A DNA stretch of 64,000 bases from an uncultured Thermoplasmata archaeon (GTDB lineage: Archaea; Thermoplasmatota; Thermoplasmata; UBA10834): assembly GCA_963719945.1 (NCBI GenBank), contig CAVRDX010000004.1:64001-128000 (forward strand), written 5' to 3'. The position numbers were made by a program, and so were the translations under genes. A model generated the notes under the pieces. It was not told where the DNA came from and ran no database searches. It saw only the letters and a list, made by a program, of their open reading frames with translations. Each line of letters starts with the position of its first letter. The stretch's first letter is position 1. This document shows positions 1 to 9,051 of this stretch, one piece after another.

Positions 1-72
1 TGCACCGTACATTCCGAAAAGGAGCAGGAATCCGAATGGGCTAAAGAACTCGAAAGGTGGAGAAGAGCCTGA
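1..72 (+). CDS. possible 3' end of an upstream gene (…CTVHSEKEQESEWAKELERWRRA*)
   Basis: Frame is open from base 1 to TGA at 70-72 and looks protein-like; truncated by the window edge. Confidence 0.3.
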   Translation, partial: CTVHSEKEQESEWAKELERWRRA

Positions 73-262
73 CAGGAGTTCAGCAGTGATTGGGGACAGG
101 AGTGCGAGGAACCAGACAGCCCGCCCTTTATCGCTGAACACACCCGCATATTGACAGAATGGATATTAATCTCTGCAGCAAAGGAGGGCGAGGACAAGAC
201 TTATAACCAGCCCTCGTCAGTATACTGAATCCGAAGAACCCAAAGACACGGGACGGTTTGAT

Positions 263-820
263 ATGGCTTGGATAAGGACAATAGACCCCCTAGAAGCGAC
301 AGACAGGACGAAGGAAGTCTATGAGAGGATAGAGAAGGAGAGGGGACATCTAGCCAATATATTCAGAGCTGAGGGGATGGAGCCTGACATCCTTTCGCAC
401 CAAGTCGCTATTTACGAGGGTCTGATGATGGGGCCCGGACCTCTTTTGAGGGAGGAGAGGGAGATGATCGCTGTCGTGGTCTCGGCGGCGAACAAGTGCG
501 CATATGGTGCTGTGCACCATTCGGAAGCGCTTGAGTGCGTGGAGAAAAACCCGAGCGCTCTGAGAAGCCTTCTTGCAGAATACGCCTCGAAGCATGAGAC
601 TCCTAGGAACAAGGCGCTCCTGGCATATGCCGCGAAGCTCACTCTCGATCCGAAGGATATCACAGCCGATGACATAAAGGACCTAAGGGATGCTGGACTG
701 ACCGACCAGGAGATCCTCAGAGCGAACCTTATTGCGAGCTACTTCAACTTCTCGAACAGGATCTCTCTCGGACTGGGTGTCGAATTGGAGACCGGCAAGA
801 CGAGGACCTACAGGTACTGA
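263..820 (+). CDS. peroxidase-related AhpD/carboxymuconolactone decarboxylase family protein
   Basis: EREMIAVVVSAANKCAYGAVHH, YAAKLT, LRDAGLTD and YFNFSNR are typical of the family. The second Cys of CxxC is Gly. Confidence 0.85.
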   Translation: MAWIRTIDPLEATDRTKEVYERIEKERGHLANIFRAEGMEPDILSHQVAIYEGLMMGPGPLLREEREMIAVVVSAANKCAYGAVHHSEALECVEKNPSALRSLLAEYASKHETPRNKALLAYAAKLTLDPKDITADDIKDLRDAGLTDQEILRANLIASYFNFSNRISLGLGVELETGKTRTYRY

Positions 821-902
821 ATGTCGCGTGCCCGACCATGGCCGAGGGAGCGAACAGCACAGAAATCCTAATATGCAATCGGGCGTTTAGGAGCAATCGC
901 AC

Positions 903-998
903 GGGCCCGTAGCTTAGTCCGGCGGAGCGATTGGCTCATACGGGAATAAGATTCCCTGAGAGACCAGTTGGTCATCGGTTCAAATCCGATCGGGCCCA
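903..998 (+). tRNA. tRNA with CAT anticodon, most likely tRNA-Ile2 (agmatidine type), with a 22-nt intron at 37/38 (941-962)
   Basis: Acceptor stem GGGCCCG/CGGGCCC with A73; anticodon stem ATTGG/CCAGT; T-loop TTCAAAT. BHB motif: CTCA/TGAG helix, bulges TAC and AGA, intron stem GGGAAT/ATTCCC. Confidence 0.93.
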
Positions 999-1097
999 CT
1001 CAATCTAATACTATCATAAATGACAGCACTGGCCTCGTGTCATACGATGAGCCCTGAGCGATACCCTACACAGTGGACGACTGATGTCGACGAGAGC

Positions 1098-1217
1098 TCA
1101 CATTTCTCTCATAGGCTTGTTGCAGCACACCAGGACTCCGACGCCTTCCTTTGTGACCTTCACTTCCTGACCACAGATGTCGCAGTGATATGTCTTGCCA
1201 AGTTTTCCCTTCACCAC
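1098..1217 (-). CDS. desulforedoxin-like Fe(Cys)4 mini-protein, 39 aa (MVKGKLGKTYHCDICGQEVKVTKEGVGVLVCCNKPMREM)
   Basis: Manual translation. Has the YxCxxCG-x-V-x-V…G-x-LxCCxxPM signature; GTG start 5 nt after GGAGGTGA. Below the ORF-track cutoff. Confidence 0.88.
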   Translation of the reverse strand: MVKGKLGKTYHCDICGQEVKVTKEGVGVLVCCNKPMREM

Positions 1218-1378
1218 ATTTCTCACCTCCAGATAATAGACTGAAGCAGCCTGGGTTTGAATAAACATTTCCCCATAGAAGGAGGACTGGTTTTGCAGGG
1301 ATGACTCTAAAAAGGAGCGTATATGAAAAGTATCGGGTTTGTGGATTTGATATCGAGCAGACAGACCAGTCTATAGCC

Positions 1379-1558
1379 TTAGAATCGGCGTGGTGGTCTG
1401 TGCTTCTGATAACATTCCTTGCAGTACACTGGTCGGCCCTCAGTTGGCTTAAAGGGGACCTGTGTGTCGGCACCACAGTCAGAACACTTCACGTTGTGCA
1501 TTTCGCGTGGGCGTGAATCGTATCCGCCGCGGTTCTGTCTGCGTGGTCTGTCGTCCAT
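1379..1558 (-). CDS. CxxC-x17-CxxC zinc-ribbon small protein
   Basis: PREMHNVKCSDCG…VPFKPTEGRPVYCKECY signature; GGAGG upstream of ATG 1558. Confidence 0.9.
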   Translation of the reverse strand: MDDRPRRQNRGGYDSRPREMHNVKCSDCGADTQVPFKPTEGRPVYCKECYQKHRPPRRF

Positions 1559-1977
1559 TTGGACTACCTCCATTATATGTTCCCGAACTGTGTGATCAGC
1601 CCGGTATAAACCCTCATGACCTTAACCACTATAATATATGATTTGCGCCAACCCAGATTTTGTGTTGATAGGTATTTGTCGTCGTTTCGAGTGTGATTCG
1701 ACGCCTAAACAGCGAATAATACGACGATTTGTGAACAAATTGGCCATACAGATATGGCAACCGATGATCTTCTTTGCTCGAGAGAAGAGTCGAAAGGCAC
1801 GGCCCCGGATGACCCATCGAGTTGGTTCGAGAAGAAGAGGGTAGTGGGCAAGGTCTGCTAGTCGAGGAGGGGTTTCATGACTCGGACATACACTACACGC
1901 AGCTGGATATAGGTGGCGAATAGAATGCTGGAAACAGTAGTCGCCCGCCATGATCGCTGGTTCTGACAAGAGTGGTT

Positions 1978-2943
1978 TCAGGTCTTCCGATAGTAAGGGT
2001 TGACCAGGTCTTCAAAGCAGGATAGAGCTGCCGCCGCTCCTCCGTGCACTGCCGCGACTATCTGCCGAATACCTCCAGACACATCTCCCGCCGCATAGAC
2101 AAAAGGTACGTTCGTCCTGAATGACTGGTCCACGATTATGAAGCCGCCTGGATCTTGGTTCAACCCGAGCTCGGATGCGAGCTGGCTGCTGGGGACTTCG
2201 CCGATTGCAACGAAGACGCCGTTGACCACTTTCTCTTGCGTGACCCCGGTCTTCAGATCCTTGAGCCTAACCCCGGTCACTCCGCTCTCCCCAAGTATCT
2301 CCTCGACCACAGTGTCGAACAGCACCTGGATCGTCCTTTCAGCAATGCTGTCCTGAAGATGTTTGTCCGCTCTGAACGACTCTCTACGGTGTATTATCGT
2401 CACCCTGCAATCAATCGAATGAAGGTAAAGGGCATCAGTCAACGCGGTGTTTCCTCCACCGATGACGACGACCTCCTTCGTCTTGTAAAAGAACCCGTCG
2501 CAAGTCGCGCAGTAGCTTACGCCTCTGCCAGCCAACTTGTTCTCACCGAGCGCGCCTAGCTTTCTGTGGGTGGCTCCAGTCGCCAGAATAAGGGCTCTGG
2601 AGATGTACTTAGAAGATGTAGTCGATAGCTCGAACCGTTCTCCACTGCGCACTCGTAGGACTTCCTCCCCTTCCCGTATGTCGACATACCTTCTCGCATG
2701 GTCGGCCATCGTATCCATCAGCTTCATGCCCTCGATCTCAGGAAACCCAGGATAGTTCTCGATCATCGGACTGGTGAGGACCTGACCTCCTGGAACCCCT
2801 TTCTCCAATATGATGCAGTTCAGGCCTGCTCGTTTGGCATATATTCCCGCAGCGAGTCCTGCTGGACCCGCGCCTATGATCAAGACATCGAATTCCTGAG
2901 GACTGATATCCGAGGAATCCGAGGATACGCCCTCGATTGTCAT
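1978..2943 (-). CDS. trxB: thioredoxin-disulfide reductase
   Basis: IIGAGPAG FAD motif, CATCDG active site, GGGNTA…HRR NADPH motif, AAGD. Confidence 0.93.
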   Translation of the reverse strand: MTIEGVSSDSSDISPQEFDVLIIGAGPAGLAAGIYAKRAGLNCIILEKGVPGGQVLTSPMIENYPGFPEIEGMKLMDTMADHARRYVDIREGEEVLRVRSGERFELSTTSSKYISRALILATGATHRKLGALGENKLAGRGVSYCATCDGFFYKTKEVVVIGGGNTALTDALYLHSIDCRVTIIHRRESFRADKHLQDSIAERTIQVLFDTVVEEILGESGVTGVRLKDLKTGVTQEKVVNGVFVAIGEVPSSQLASELGLNQDPGGFIIVDQSFRTNVPFVYAAGDVSGGIRQIVAAVHGGAAAALSCFEDLVNPYYRKT

Positions 2944-3129
2944 CACGACGTGAATCGACTGGATGATAAATAACGATTGGGCTATCGGACATGGGCCCTA
3001 CGAAATCCATGGCCAATGACTGCGAAGCCAATACAATAAAATACTAACCTGGGCGTTTCTCTGAACTGTCGAGCTATTTCGGATTGTATAGCAGAATTCC
3101 GTCATAGAAGACGGCCACTAACGGTGTGC

Positions 3130-4422
3130 ATGGATATGGATACGGGGACGATAACAGCATTCTTGGCAATCGGCTCCATCATATTCCTAGGATTCTTTGG
3201 GAATGTAGTCTTCACAAGATACAGGATACCAGATGTACTGATTCTCATAATCCTTGGCATGGTCATCGGCCCGGATGTATTCGGTGAACGGTTCAATCTG
3301 GTCAGCCATGATGCTCTCGCAGCCATCGACAATTTCAAAGAGCTGTTCCTTTCGGCAGCACTCGTGATAATCCTCTTCGATGGTGGGTTGAGCCTCGACA
3401 TGAGATCCGTCATTGAATCCTTGCGGCTATCCGCGTTCATGTCCATCGTGGCGTTCTTCCTCACATTCATTACCGTCGCCGTCGCACTCCACTTCCTGAT
3501 GAATATTGACATCCTCATCGCCTTGACCATGGGGGCCATAATCGGGGGTACGAGCGGGGCGATCGTGATACCCATTGTAAGCAAGATGAGGATAAGACCA
3601 CAGACAAAAGCCATGCTGATAATGGAGAGCATAACAACGGATGTGCTCGTCATAGTCGTCTCCCTCTCCTTGATCCGCGTGATATTGACAGAGGATCTGA
3701 ACTGGGTCTTGATAACCAGGGACCTTGCTTCGAAATTCTTGGTTGGAGGGGTCGTCGGTTTCGTGGCCGGGACACTATGGCTCTTCGTGCTGCAGAAACT
3801 CCAGAACCAGCCTCTATCATACATGATCACGGTCGCTGCCCTGTTCATCGTCGCAGGAATAGTCGAGCTGTCACCCATCAGCAGCTCTGGGGCGGTCGCC
3901 GCTCTCGCATTCGGATTAGCCATAGGGAACCGTCAGTTCATCAAGCGACGGTTGTCCAGCCTATCACTCACATTATCATCCAATGTGCAGATACAACAAT
4001 TCCATTCTGAGATCACTTTCTTCGTCAGGACTTTCTTCTTCGTCTATCTCGGGCTGTTATTCAGATTCAGTACATTCACCGAGATACACCTGGTCGCGGG
4101 TTTGCTGATGATAAGTGTCATAGTCCTCATCCGATGGATGGCCGCGATGTTCGCATGGAAGCTGGGGAACCTGAACATAGAGGATGCCGAAACTGTCTTC
4201 GCCAGCATGCCGAGAGGACTGGCGGCTGCGGTACTGGCCACGCTTCCAGCAGTTGTCCTGGCAGATTCGGCGATATGGGACCCTGAACTCGGTGTGCTGA
4301 TCTTGAACACCACACTCATCGTGATATTCGGAACCACACTCCTGACCACGATCTTCAGCGTCATGACTGAGAAGGGCATCGACAGTAGACAGAGGAAGGA
4401 GCTCAGGAAGAGACTGAGCTAG
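3130..4422 (+). CDS. cation:proton antiporter (CPA1/NhaP type)
   Basis: About 13 hydrophobic segments; IILFDGG, ESITTD, RTFFFVYLG and PRGLAAAV motifs. Confidence 0.88.
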   Translation: MDMDTGTITAFLAIGSIIFLGFFGNVVFTRYRIPDVLILIILGMVIGPDVFGERFNLVSHDALAAIDNFKELFLSAALVIILFDGGLSLDMRSVIESLRLSAFMSIVAFFLTFITVAVALHFLMNIDILIALTMGAIIGGTSGAIVIPIVSKMRIRPQTKAMLIMESITTDVLVIVVSLSLIRVILTEDLNWVLITRDLASKFLVGGVVGFVAGTLWLFVLQKLQNQPLSYMITVAALFIVAGIVELSPISSSGAVAALAFGLAIGNRQFIKRRLSSLSLTLSSNVQIQQFHSEITFFVRTFFFVYLGLLFRFSTFTEIHLVAGLLMISVIVLIRWMAAMFAWKLGNLNIEDAETVFASMPRGLAAAVLATLPAVVLADSAIWDPELGVLILNTTLIVIFGTTLLTTIFSVMTEKGIDSRQRKELRKRLS

Positions 4423-4435
4423 ATATGATCGCACC

Positions 4436-5608
4436 TCATATCCTCGCAACGACCTCTGCTGCGTACTTCCTCGTGTTAACATAACTGGTTGATCCCATCT
4501 GTCGCGCCACGTCCCAGGTCACAAGTCCATCGGATATCGTCATCTCAAGAGCGTTCTCTATCGACCTTGCGGCTTCGGTCAATCCGATGTGGTCCAGCAT
4601 CATCGCGCCGGAGAGGATGAGCGCGCTGGGATTCGCGATGTCCTTGCCTGCGTACTTCGGCGCCGTCCCGTGGACAGGTTCGAAAACCGCGATGCCGTTG
4701 CCGATGTTCGCGCCTGGCGCGAACCCGAGACCCCCGACTTGAGCAGCACATGCATCGGCGAGATAGTCACCGTTGAGGTTCGGGGCTGCCAACACGGAGT
4801 ACTCATCTGGCCGGGTCAGTATCTGCTGGAACATGTTGTCCGCTATCCGGTCGTTCAACAGGATCTTGCCATCGATATCTGCAGAATCTCTTTCTCTTCC
4901 TTCGAATATCGTCACGTCTGAGAATTCGTCCCTTGCGAGCTCGTATCCCCAGTCGCGGAAGGCTCCTTCGGTGTACTTCATTATGTTCCCCTTGTGAACG
5001 AGTGTGACCGACTTCCTTCGATGCCTGATCCCATACTCTATGGCTGCTCGGATCAGCCTCTTCGATGAGGATTCGGATATCGGTTTGAGCCCGAGGCCGG
5101 AGTCCTCAGAAATATCGACACCCAGATCAGATTTGAGGAACTGTCTCAATCTACCCAGTTCCTCTGAACCGCGCTTCCACTCCAGGCCTTTGTAGACGTC
5201 TTCAGTGTTCTCGCGGAATATGACCAGGTTCATCTTCTCAGGATTCTTGACAGGACTAGGAACCCCGCGGAAGTGACGAACCGGTCGGACAGATGAATAG
5301 AGATCCAACACCTGCCTGAGGGTGACGTTCAGGCTCCTTATCCCCCCGCCTACAGGAGTCGTCAATGGTCCTTTGATTGCGATGCCGACCTCCTTTATCC
5401 TGTCTATCGTCGAACGAGGCAGCCATTCGCCAGTAGCATCGAATGATTCCTGTCCGGCCATCAAGTGTTCCCATTTGACCCGGACCCGGTCGACGGTGGT
5501 CTTTTCGATGGCCGCTTCGATCACTGCCTGGGCGGCTATTGTGATATCGGGACCGATCCCGTCACCTGGGATGAACGGTACCAGCAGCTCTCGGTTTTCA
5601 AAAGACAT
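4436..5608 (-). CDS. icd: NADP-dependent isocitrate dehydrogenase
   Basis: [58 protein letters not shown] (KY indicates NADP). Confidence 0.92.
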   Translation of the reverse strand: MSFENRELLVPFIPGDGIGPDITIAAQAVIEAAIEKTTVDRVRVKWEHLMAGQESFDATGEWLPRSTIDRIKEVGIAIKGPLTTPVGGGIRSLNVTLRQVLDLYSSVRPVRHFRGVPSPVKNPEKMNLVIFRENTEDVYKGLEWKRGSEELGRLRQFLKSDLGVDISEDSGLGLKPISESSSKRLIRAAIEYGIRHRRKSVTLVHKGNIMKYTEGAFRDWGYELARDEFSDVTIFEGRERDSADIDGKILLNDRIADNMFQQILTRPDEYSVLAAPNLNGDYLADACAAQVGGLGFAPGANIGNGIAVFEPVHGTAPKYAGKDIANPSALILSGAMMLDHIGLTEAARSIENALEMTISDGLVTWDVARQMGSTSYVNTRKYAAEVVARI

Positions 5609-5614
5609 CCATCA

Positions 5615-6139
5615 TCACTCCGTCCTATCGGTTGCCAAAGAGAAACCATTGTGTTTCATTATGTGAGAAGTGAGACCGCCGTCGGATAGCAGAGTCTGCA
5701 TGACCTGCGGGATTCTAGAAGTGGACACTACCGTGCCTGTCGATTCCCGACGGACTTCGCCCTTCGATAGATCCACCTCTATCGTGTCACCGCTGCGCAT
5801 CCAACCTGTTTCACAAGTCATCAGAGGAAGGCCGATGTTGAACGCACTCCTGTAGAATATTCGAGCGAAAGACTCTGCCAGTATTACGGACACGCCAGCA
5901 GCCTTGAGAGCTCTAGGAGCCTGCTCTCGACTCGAACCACATCCGAAATTGCGACCTGCAACTATGATGTCGCCTTGCTCGACCCGATCTGCAAAATCTG
6001 GGTCGATGTCTTCCATCACATGCTCGGCCAGCTTCCGGATGTCATCTATCTTGAACTTGTACCTTCCTGAGATTATGTAGTCGGTGTTGATGTTGTCGTT
6101 AGGATCGAATCTATGAACCCGCCCGCGAAGAACTGTCAA
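5615..6139 (-). CDS. aconitase-family hydro-lyase small subunit (LeuD/HacB-like)
   Basis: [28 protein letters not shown]; atypical substrate loop GRYKFK. Confidence 0.88.
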   Translation of the reverse strand: MTVLRGRVHRFDPNDNINTDYIISGRYKFKIDDIRKLAEHVMEDIDPDFADRVEQGDIIVAGRNFGCGSSREQAPRALKAAGVSVILAESFARIFYRSAFNIGLPLMTCETGWMRSGDTIEVDLSKGEVRRESTGTVVSTSRIPQVMQTLLSDGGLTSHIMKHNGFSLATDRTE

Positions 6140-7396
6140 CTACATCACCTCTCGTGGATCAGTTATCATTCCCCTGATCGCGGTCGCCGCAGCTGTCTCT
6201 GGAGAAGAGAGGTAGATGCTGACGTCCCTGTTGTTGCCCATCCGTCCTTTGAAGTTCCGATTCGCGGTCGATAGGACTGTTTCGCCATCAGAGGGTATGC
6301 CAGCATGTGTGCCTACGCAAGGTCCACATCCCGGAGAGACTATGACTGCGCCTGATTTGACCAATTGATGAATTACGCCAGCTTCGATAGCTTTCAGCAA
6401 TATCAGTCTCGAGGCAGGAGCGACGATCAATCGCACTCCCTTCTTCACTGTCCTGTCCTTCAGAATCTTCGCGGCAGCCTCCAGGTCGTTTAATCGCCCA
6501 TTTGTACATGTCCCGATGAAGACCTGATGAACTGGAACATCTGCGAGCTCTGATACGGGGCACACATTATCCACACTGTGTGGCCTCGCAACCACAGGGA
6601 CGATGTCGTCCGCGGAGAAAACCATCTCCCCCTCGACTCGCGCATCCGGATCGCAAGACAAACCGTGTTCTGCAGGGATTCCATGTTCAGAGAACCATTT
6701 GGCGGTGGTAGAGTCGAACTCGAACGGACAGAACTTGGCCCCCATCTCGACGGCCATATTGGCGATGGTCATCCTGCCATCCATGTGCATGGAATCTATC
6801 GCGGAGCCTTTGAACTCAAGGGACTTGTACGTCGCACCATCCGCCGTGAGCTTTCCGATGATGGTCAGTATGAGATCCTTTGCCCCCGTCATCCGACAGA
6901 GTTCCCCATCCACTCGAAGCACCATCGTCTCAGGGACCTTGAACCAGAGTTTGCCTGTGTAAGCAGCGGCAGCGACATCAGCCGATCCGAGCCCAGTTGA
7001 GCAGGCGTTCAATGCACCATAGGTGCATGTGTGAGAATCCGCCCCGACCACGAGGTTTCCCGGGAGCACCTTCCCACGCTCCAGAACAATCTGGTGACAG
7101 ACTCCCTCCCCTATGTCATGCAGAGGGATCGAATGAGAATCCGCAAAGCTACGGATGGCTTTGTGTATCACAGAGACATCCGCTGATGGACATGGTGAAT
7201 TGTGATCTATCACCATGGCCATGCCATGCTTCGTCTTTGGAGAAACGAATCCCATCGAATCGAGCTCCCTCATCATCATCGACGATGTCCCGTCCTGGGA
7301 CATGCAGAAGTCGACGTCCGCGACCACTATATCCCCTGGGCGGCAGTCCGATCCAGAGTGCGATGATAGTACCTTTTCTGCAATGGTCTTTCCCAT
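6140..7396 (-). CDS. aconitase-family hydro-lyase large subunit (LeuC/HacA-like)
   Basis: GKTIAEK, IDH, GVCHQ, GADSHTCT, FIGTCTNGR, GCGPC, STANRNFKGRMG. Confidence 0.9.
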   Translation of the reverse strand: MGKTIAEKVLSSHSGSDCRPGDIVVADVDFCMSQDGTSSMMMRELDSMGFVSPKTKHGMAMVIDHNSPCPSADVSVIHKAIRSFADSHSIPLHDIGEGVCHQIVLERGKVLPGNLVVGADSHTCTYGALNACSTGLGSADVAAAAYTGKLWFKVPETMVLRVDGELCRMTGAKDLILTIIGKLTADGATYKSLEFKGSAIDSMHMDGRMTIANMAVEMGAKFCPFEFDSTTAKWFSEHGIPAEHGLSCDPDARVEGEMVFSADDIVPVVARPHSVDNVCPVSELADVPVHQVFIGTCTNGRLNDLEAAAKILKDRTVKKGVRLIVAPASRLILLKAIEAGVIHQLVKSGAVIVSPGCGPCVGTHAGIPSDGETVLSTANRNFKGRMGNNRDVSIYLSSPETAAATAIRGMITDPREVM

Positions 7397-7413
7397 GTAT
7401 CATCACACTCCTA

Positions 7414-8727
7414 TCAGTGTTTCCACTCGATGTTCGCATCGACCGCAGCAATTCGCTTCTCAATGTCGGCACCAGTATACTCCTTGGATGCGTCACCCTC
7501 CACGATGTTTCTGTAGATCGCGATCAGTTCGGAATCGGTAAGGTTGTCTTTCTTGCGTTCCCCTACCCGATTGACCTCGATCCGAATCCTTTCCACTACA
7601 TCTGCAGAAGCCTCCAGCTCGAGCAGTTTGAGCTTGTGTTTGATGGACGCACTGCCAGAGTGTTTGCCTATGACGATCTGCCTCGAGAGTCCGAGGATTG
7701 ATGGATCGAATGACTCGTAGAGGTGAGGGTCCTTCAGAATGCCATCGACGTGTATCCCGGACTTGTGGGTGAACATGTTTCCACCCACGATCGGATAGTT
7801 CAGCGGGATGCGGAGTCCGCTGGCGTGCTCGACGCCCTTGCAGAGAGGTACTATGTGTTCCACATTGTACTTCGCCAGGCCGTAGTGTGCTCTCAGATTC
7901 ATCACCAGCACCTCAAGTGGAACGTTTCCCGCCCGCTCACCCAGACCATTGATAGTTGTCGATATCCATATCCGACGACCATCGAAAGCAGAAGACGCTT
8001 CACATGCTGAGAGTGCATTCGCGACGGCAAGTCCGAAATCGTTGTGAGCGTGGAATTCCAGGTCGATATTCACGCGTGACATGAGAGAATGGACGAGCCT
8101 TGCGGAAGTCGAAGGTGTCAGAATGCCGATTGTATCGCATATTCTGAACCGATCGGCACCCGCTTCCAGTCCCGCCTTTGCAAATTCGATGAGATAACTC
8201 TCATCCGTCCTCGTAGCATCTCCAGCATTGAAACAGACGTATACTCCATGATCCTTCGCGAACTCGATGCAATCGACCAGACGAGAGAGCTGCTGCTCCC
8301 TTGTGATCTTGAGCTTAGTCGATAGAGAGATGTCGGAAGTATCCGTAGATATGGAGACAGCGTCGACATCATGGCTGATGGAATCGGAGATATCAGCCTT
8401 GACGAGCCTGTTCCAGCCCATTATCGATATGTTTCCCATCTTTGACCGGAGCTGTTTCGCACATTTCCTGTCGCTGTCATTGTAGGTCGCAAATGTCTCG
8501 ATCTGTTCGATCCCCATCTGCTCCAACCCACTGGCGATCATCAACTTGTCAGCACTGGTGAATGCGACTCCTGGCATCTGTTCTCCGTCGCGGCAAGTAG
8601 TGTCAACGATACGCACTTCTCCAAGACTAGGTCTCCCTGAGGCAACAGAATTCATTCCGACGTGCATTCCATCATTCCCACAGGAGCCATGGCTCGATCC
8701 AACGGTCGTTCTGTCTTTCGCGTTCAT
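7414..8727 (-). CDS. DRE-TIM acetyl-CoA condensing enzyme (homocitrate synthase / Re-citrate synthase-like)
   Basis: DTTCRDGEQ, HAHNDFG, GLGERAGN, HKSGIH, IGKHSG; no LeuA regulatory domain. Start placed after GAGGTGAT. Confidence 0.85.
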   Translation of the reverse strand: MNAKDRTTVGSSHGSCGNDGMHVGMNSVASGRPSLGEVRIVDTTCRDGEQMPGVAFTSADKLMIASGLEQMGIEQIETFATYNDSDRKCAKQLRSKMGNISIMGWNRLVKADISDSISHDVDAVSISTDTSDISLSTKLKITREQQLSRLVDCIEFAKDHGVYVCFNAGDATRTDESYLIEFAKAGLEAGADRFRICDTIGILTPSTSARLVHSLMSRVNIDLEFHAHNDFGLAVANALSACEASSAFDGRRIWISTTINGLGERAGNVPLEVLVMNLRAHYGLAKYNVEHIVPLCKGVEHASGLRIPLNYPIVGGNMFTHKSGIHVDGILKDPHLYESFDPSILGLSRQIVIGKHSGSASIKHKLKLLELEASADVVERIRIEVNRVGERKKDNLTDSELIAIYRNIVEGDASKEYTGADIEKRIAAVDANIEWKH

Positions 8728-8915
8728 ATAGATCACCTCGATTCGACAACGCAGGTCGACCACCCCACTATGTCAGCGGTTCCGTCCTGGATAAGGACCA
8801 AACAGCCTCAGGGGTGGCTGGTTGCGTCACAGGAAAGTGTTCGTTCCTGTGATTACCATTATGCCCATTAATTATGCGATATATAGACTATATGTCGCGA
8901 TTATGACTTTCATAA
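8728..8915 (-). promoter_or_regulatory. structured leader and operator-like palindromes upstream of the synthase operon
   Basis: Inverted repeats at 8827-35/8844-52, 8760-66/8811-17 and 8784-88/8794-98; palindromes at 8876-8898 and 8901-8915. Confidence 0.4.
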
Positions 8916-9051
8916 ACGGCATTTGCCCTCTTTTACATCAATATAGTGTTCATATGAATTCAAACATTGCTCGAATTCGGATGCGGGCTTCCGCTATCGA
9001 CAAGAAAAAGGATGATCGAGTGCACGAACTGCAATCGCTCAGATTGACGGC

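Noticed and set aside
1019-1090. C/D-like words (ACGATGA, CTGA) after the tRNA
   Set aside because: Box spacing is wrong, there is no terminal stem enclosing the boxes, and no recognisable guide.
1622-1969. Short ORFs between the zinc-ribbon gene and trxB
   Set aside because: No motif, no convincing start, and conflicting frames.
6567-6575. Perfect DnaA box TTATCCACA
   Set aside because: Single copy noticed, inside a CDS. Roughly 0.5 copies are expected by chance in 64 kb on two strands, and the DnaA-like protein lacks domain IV.
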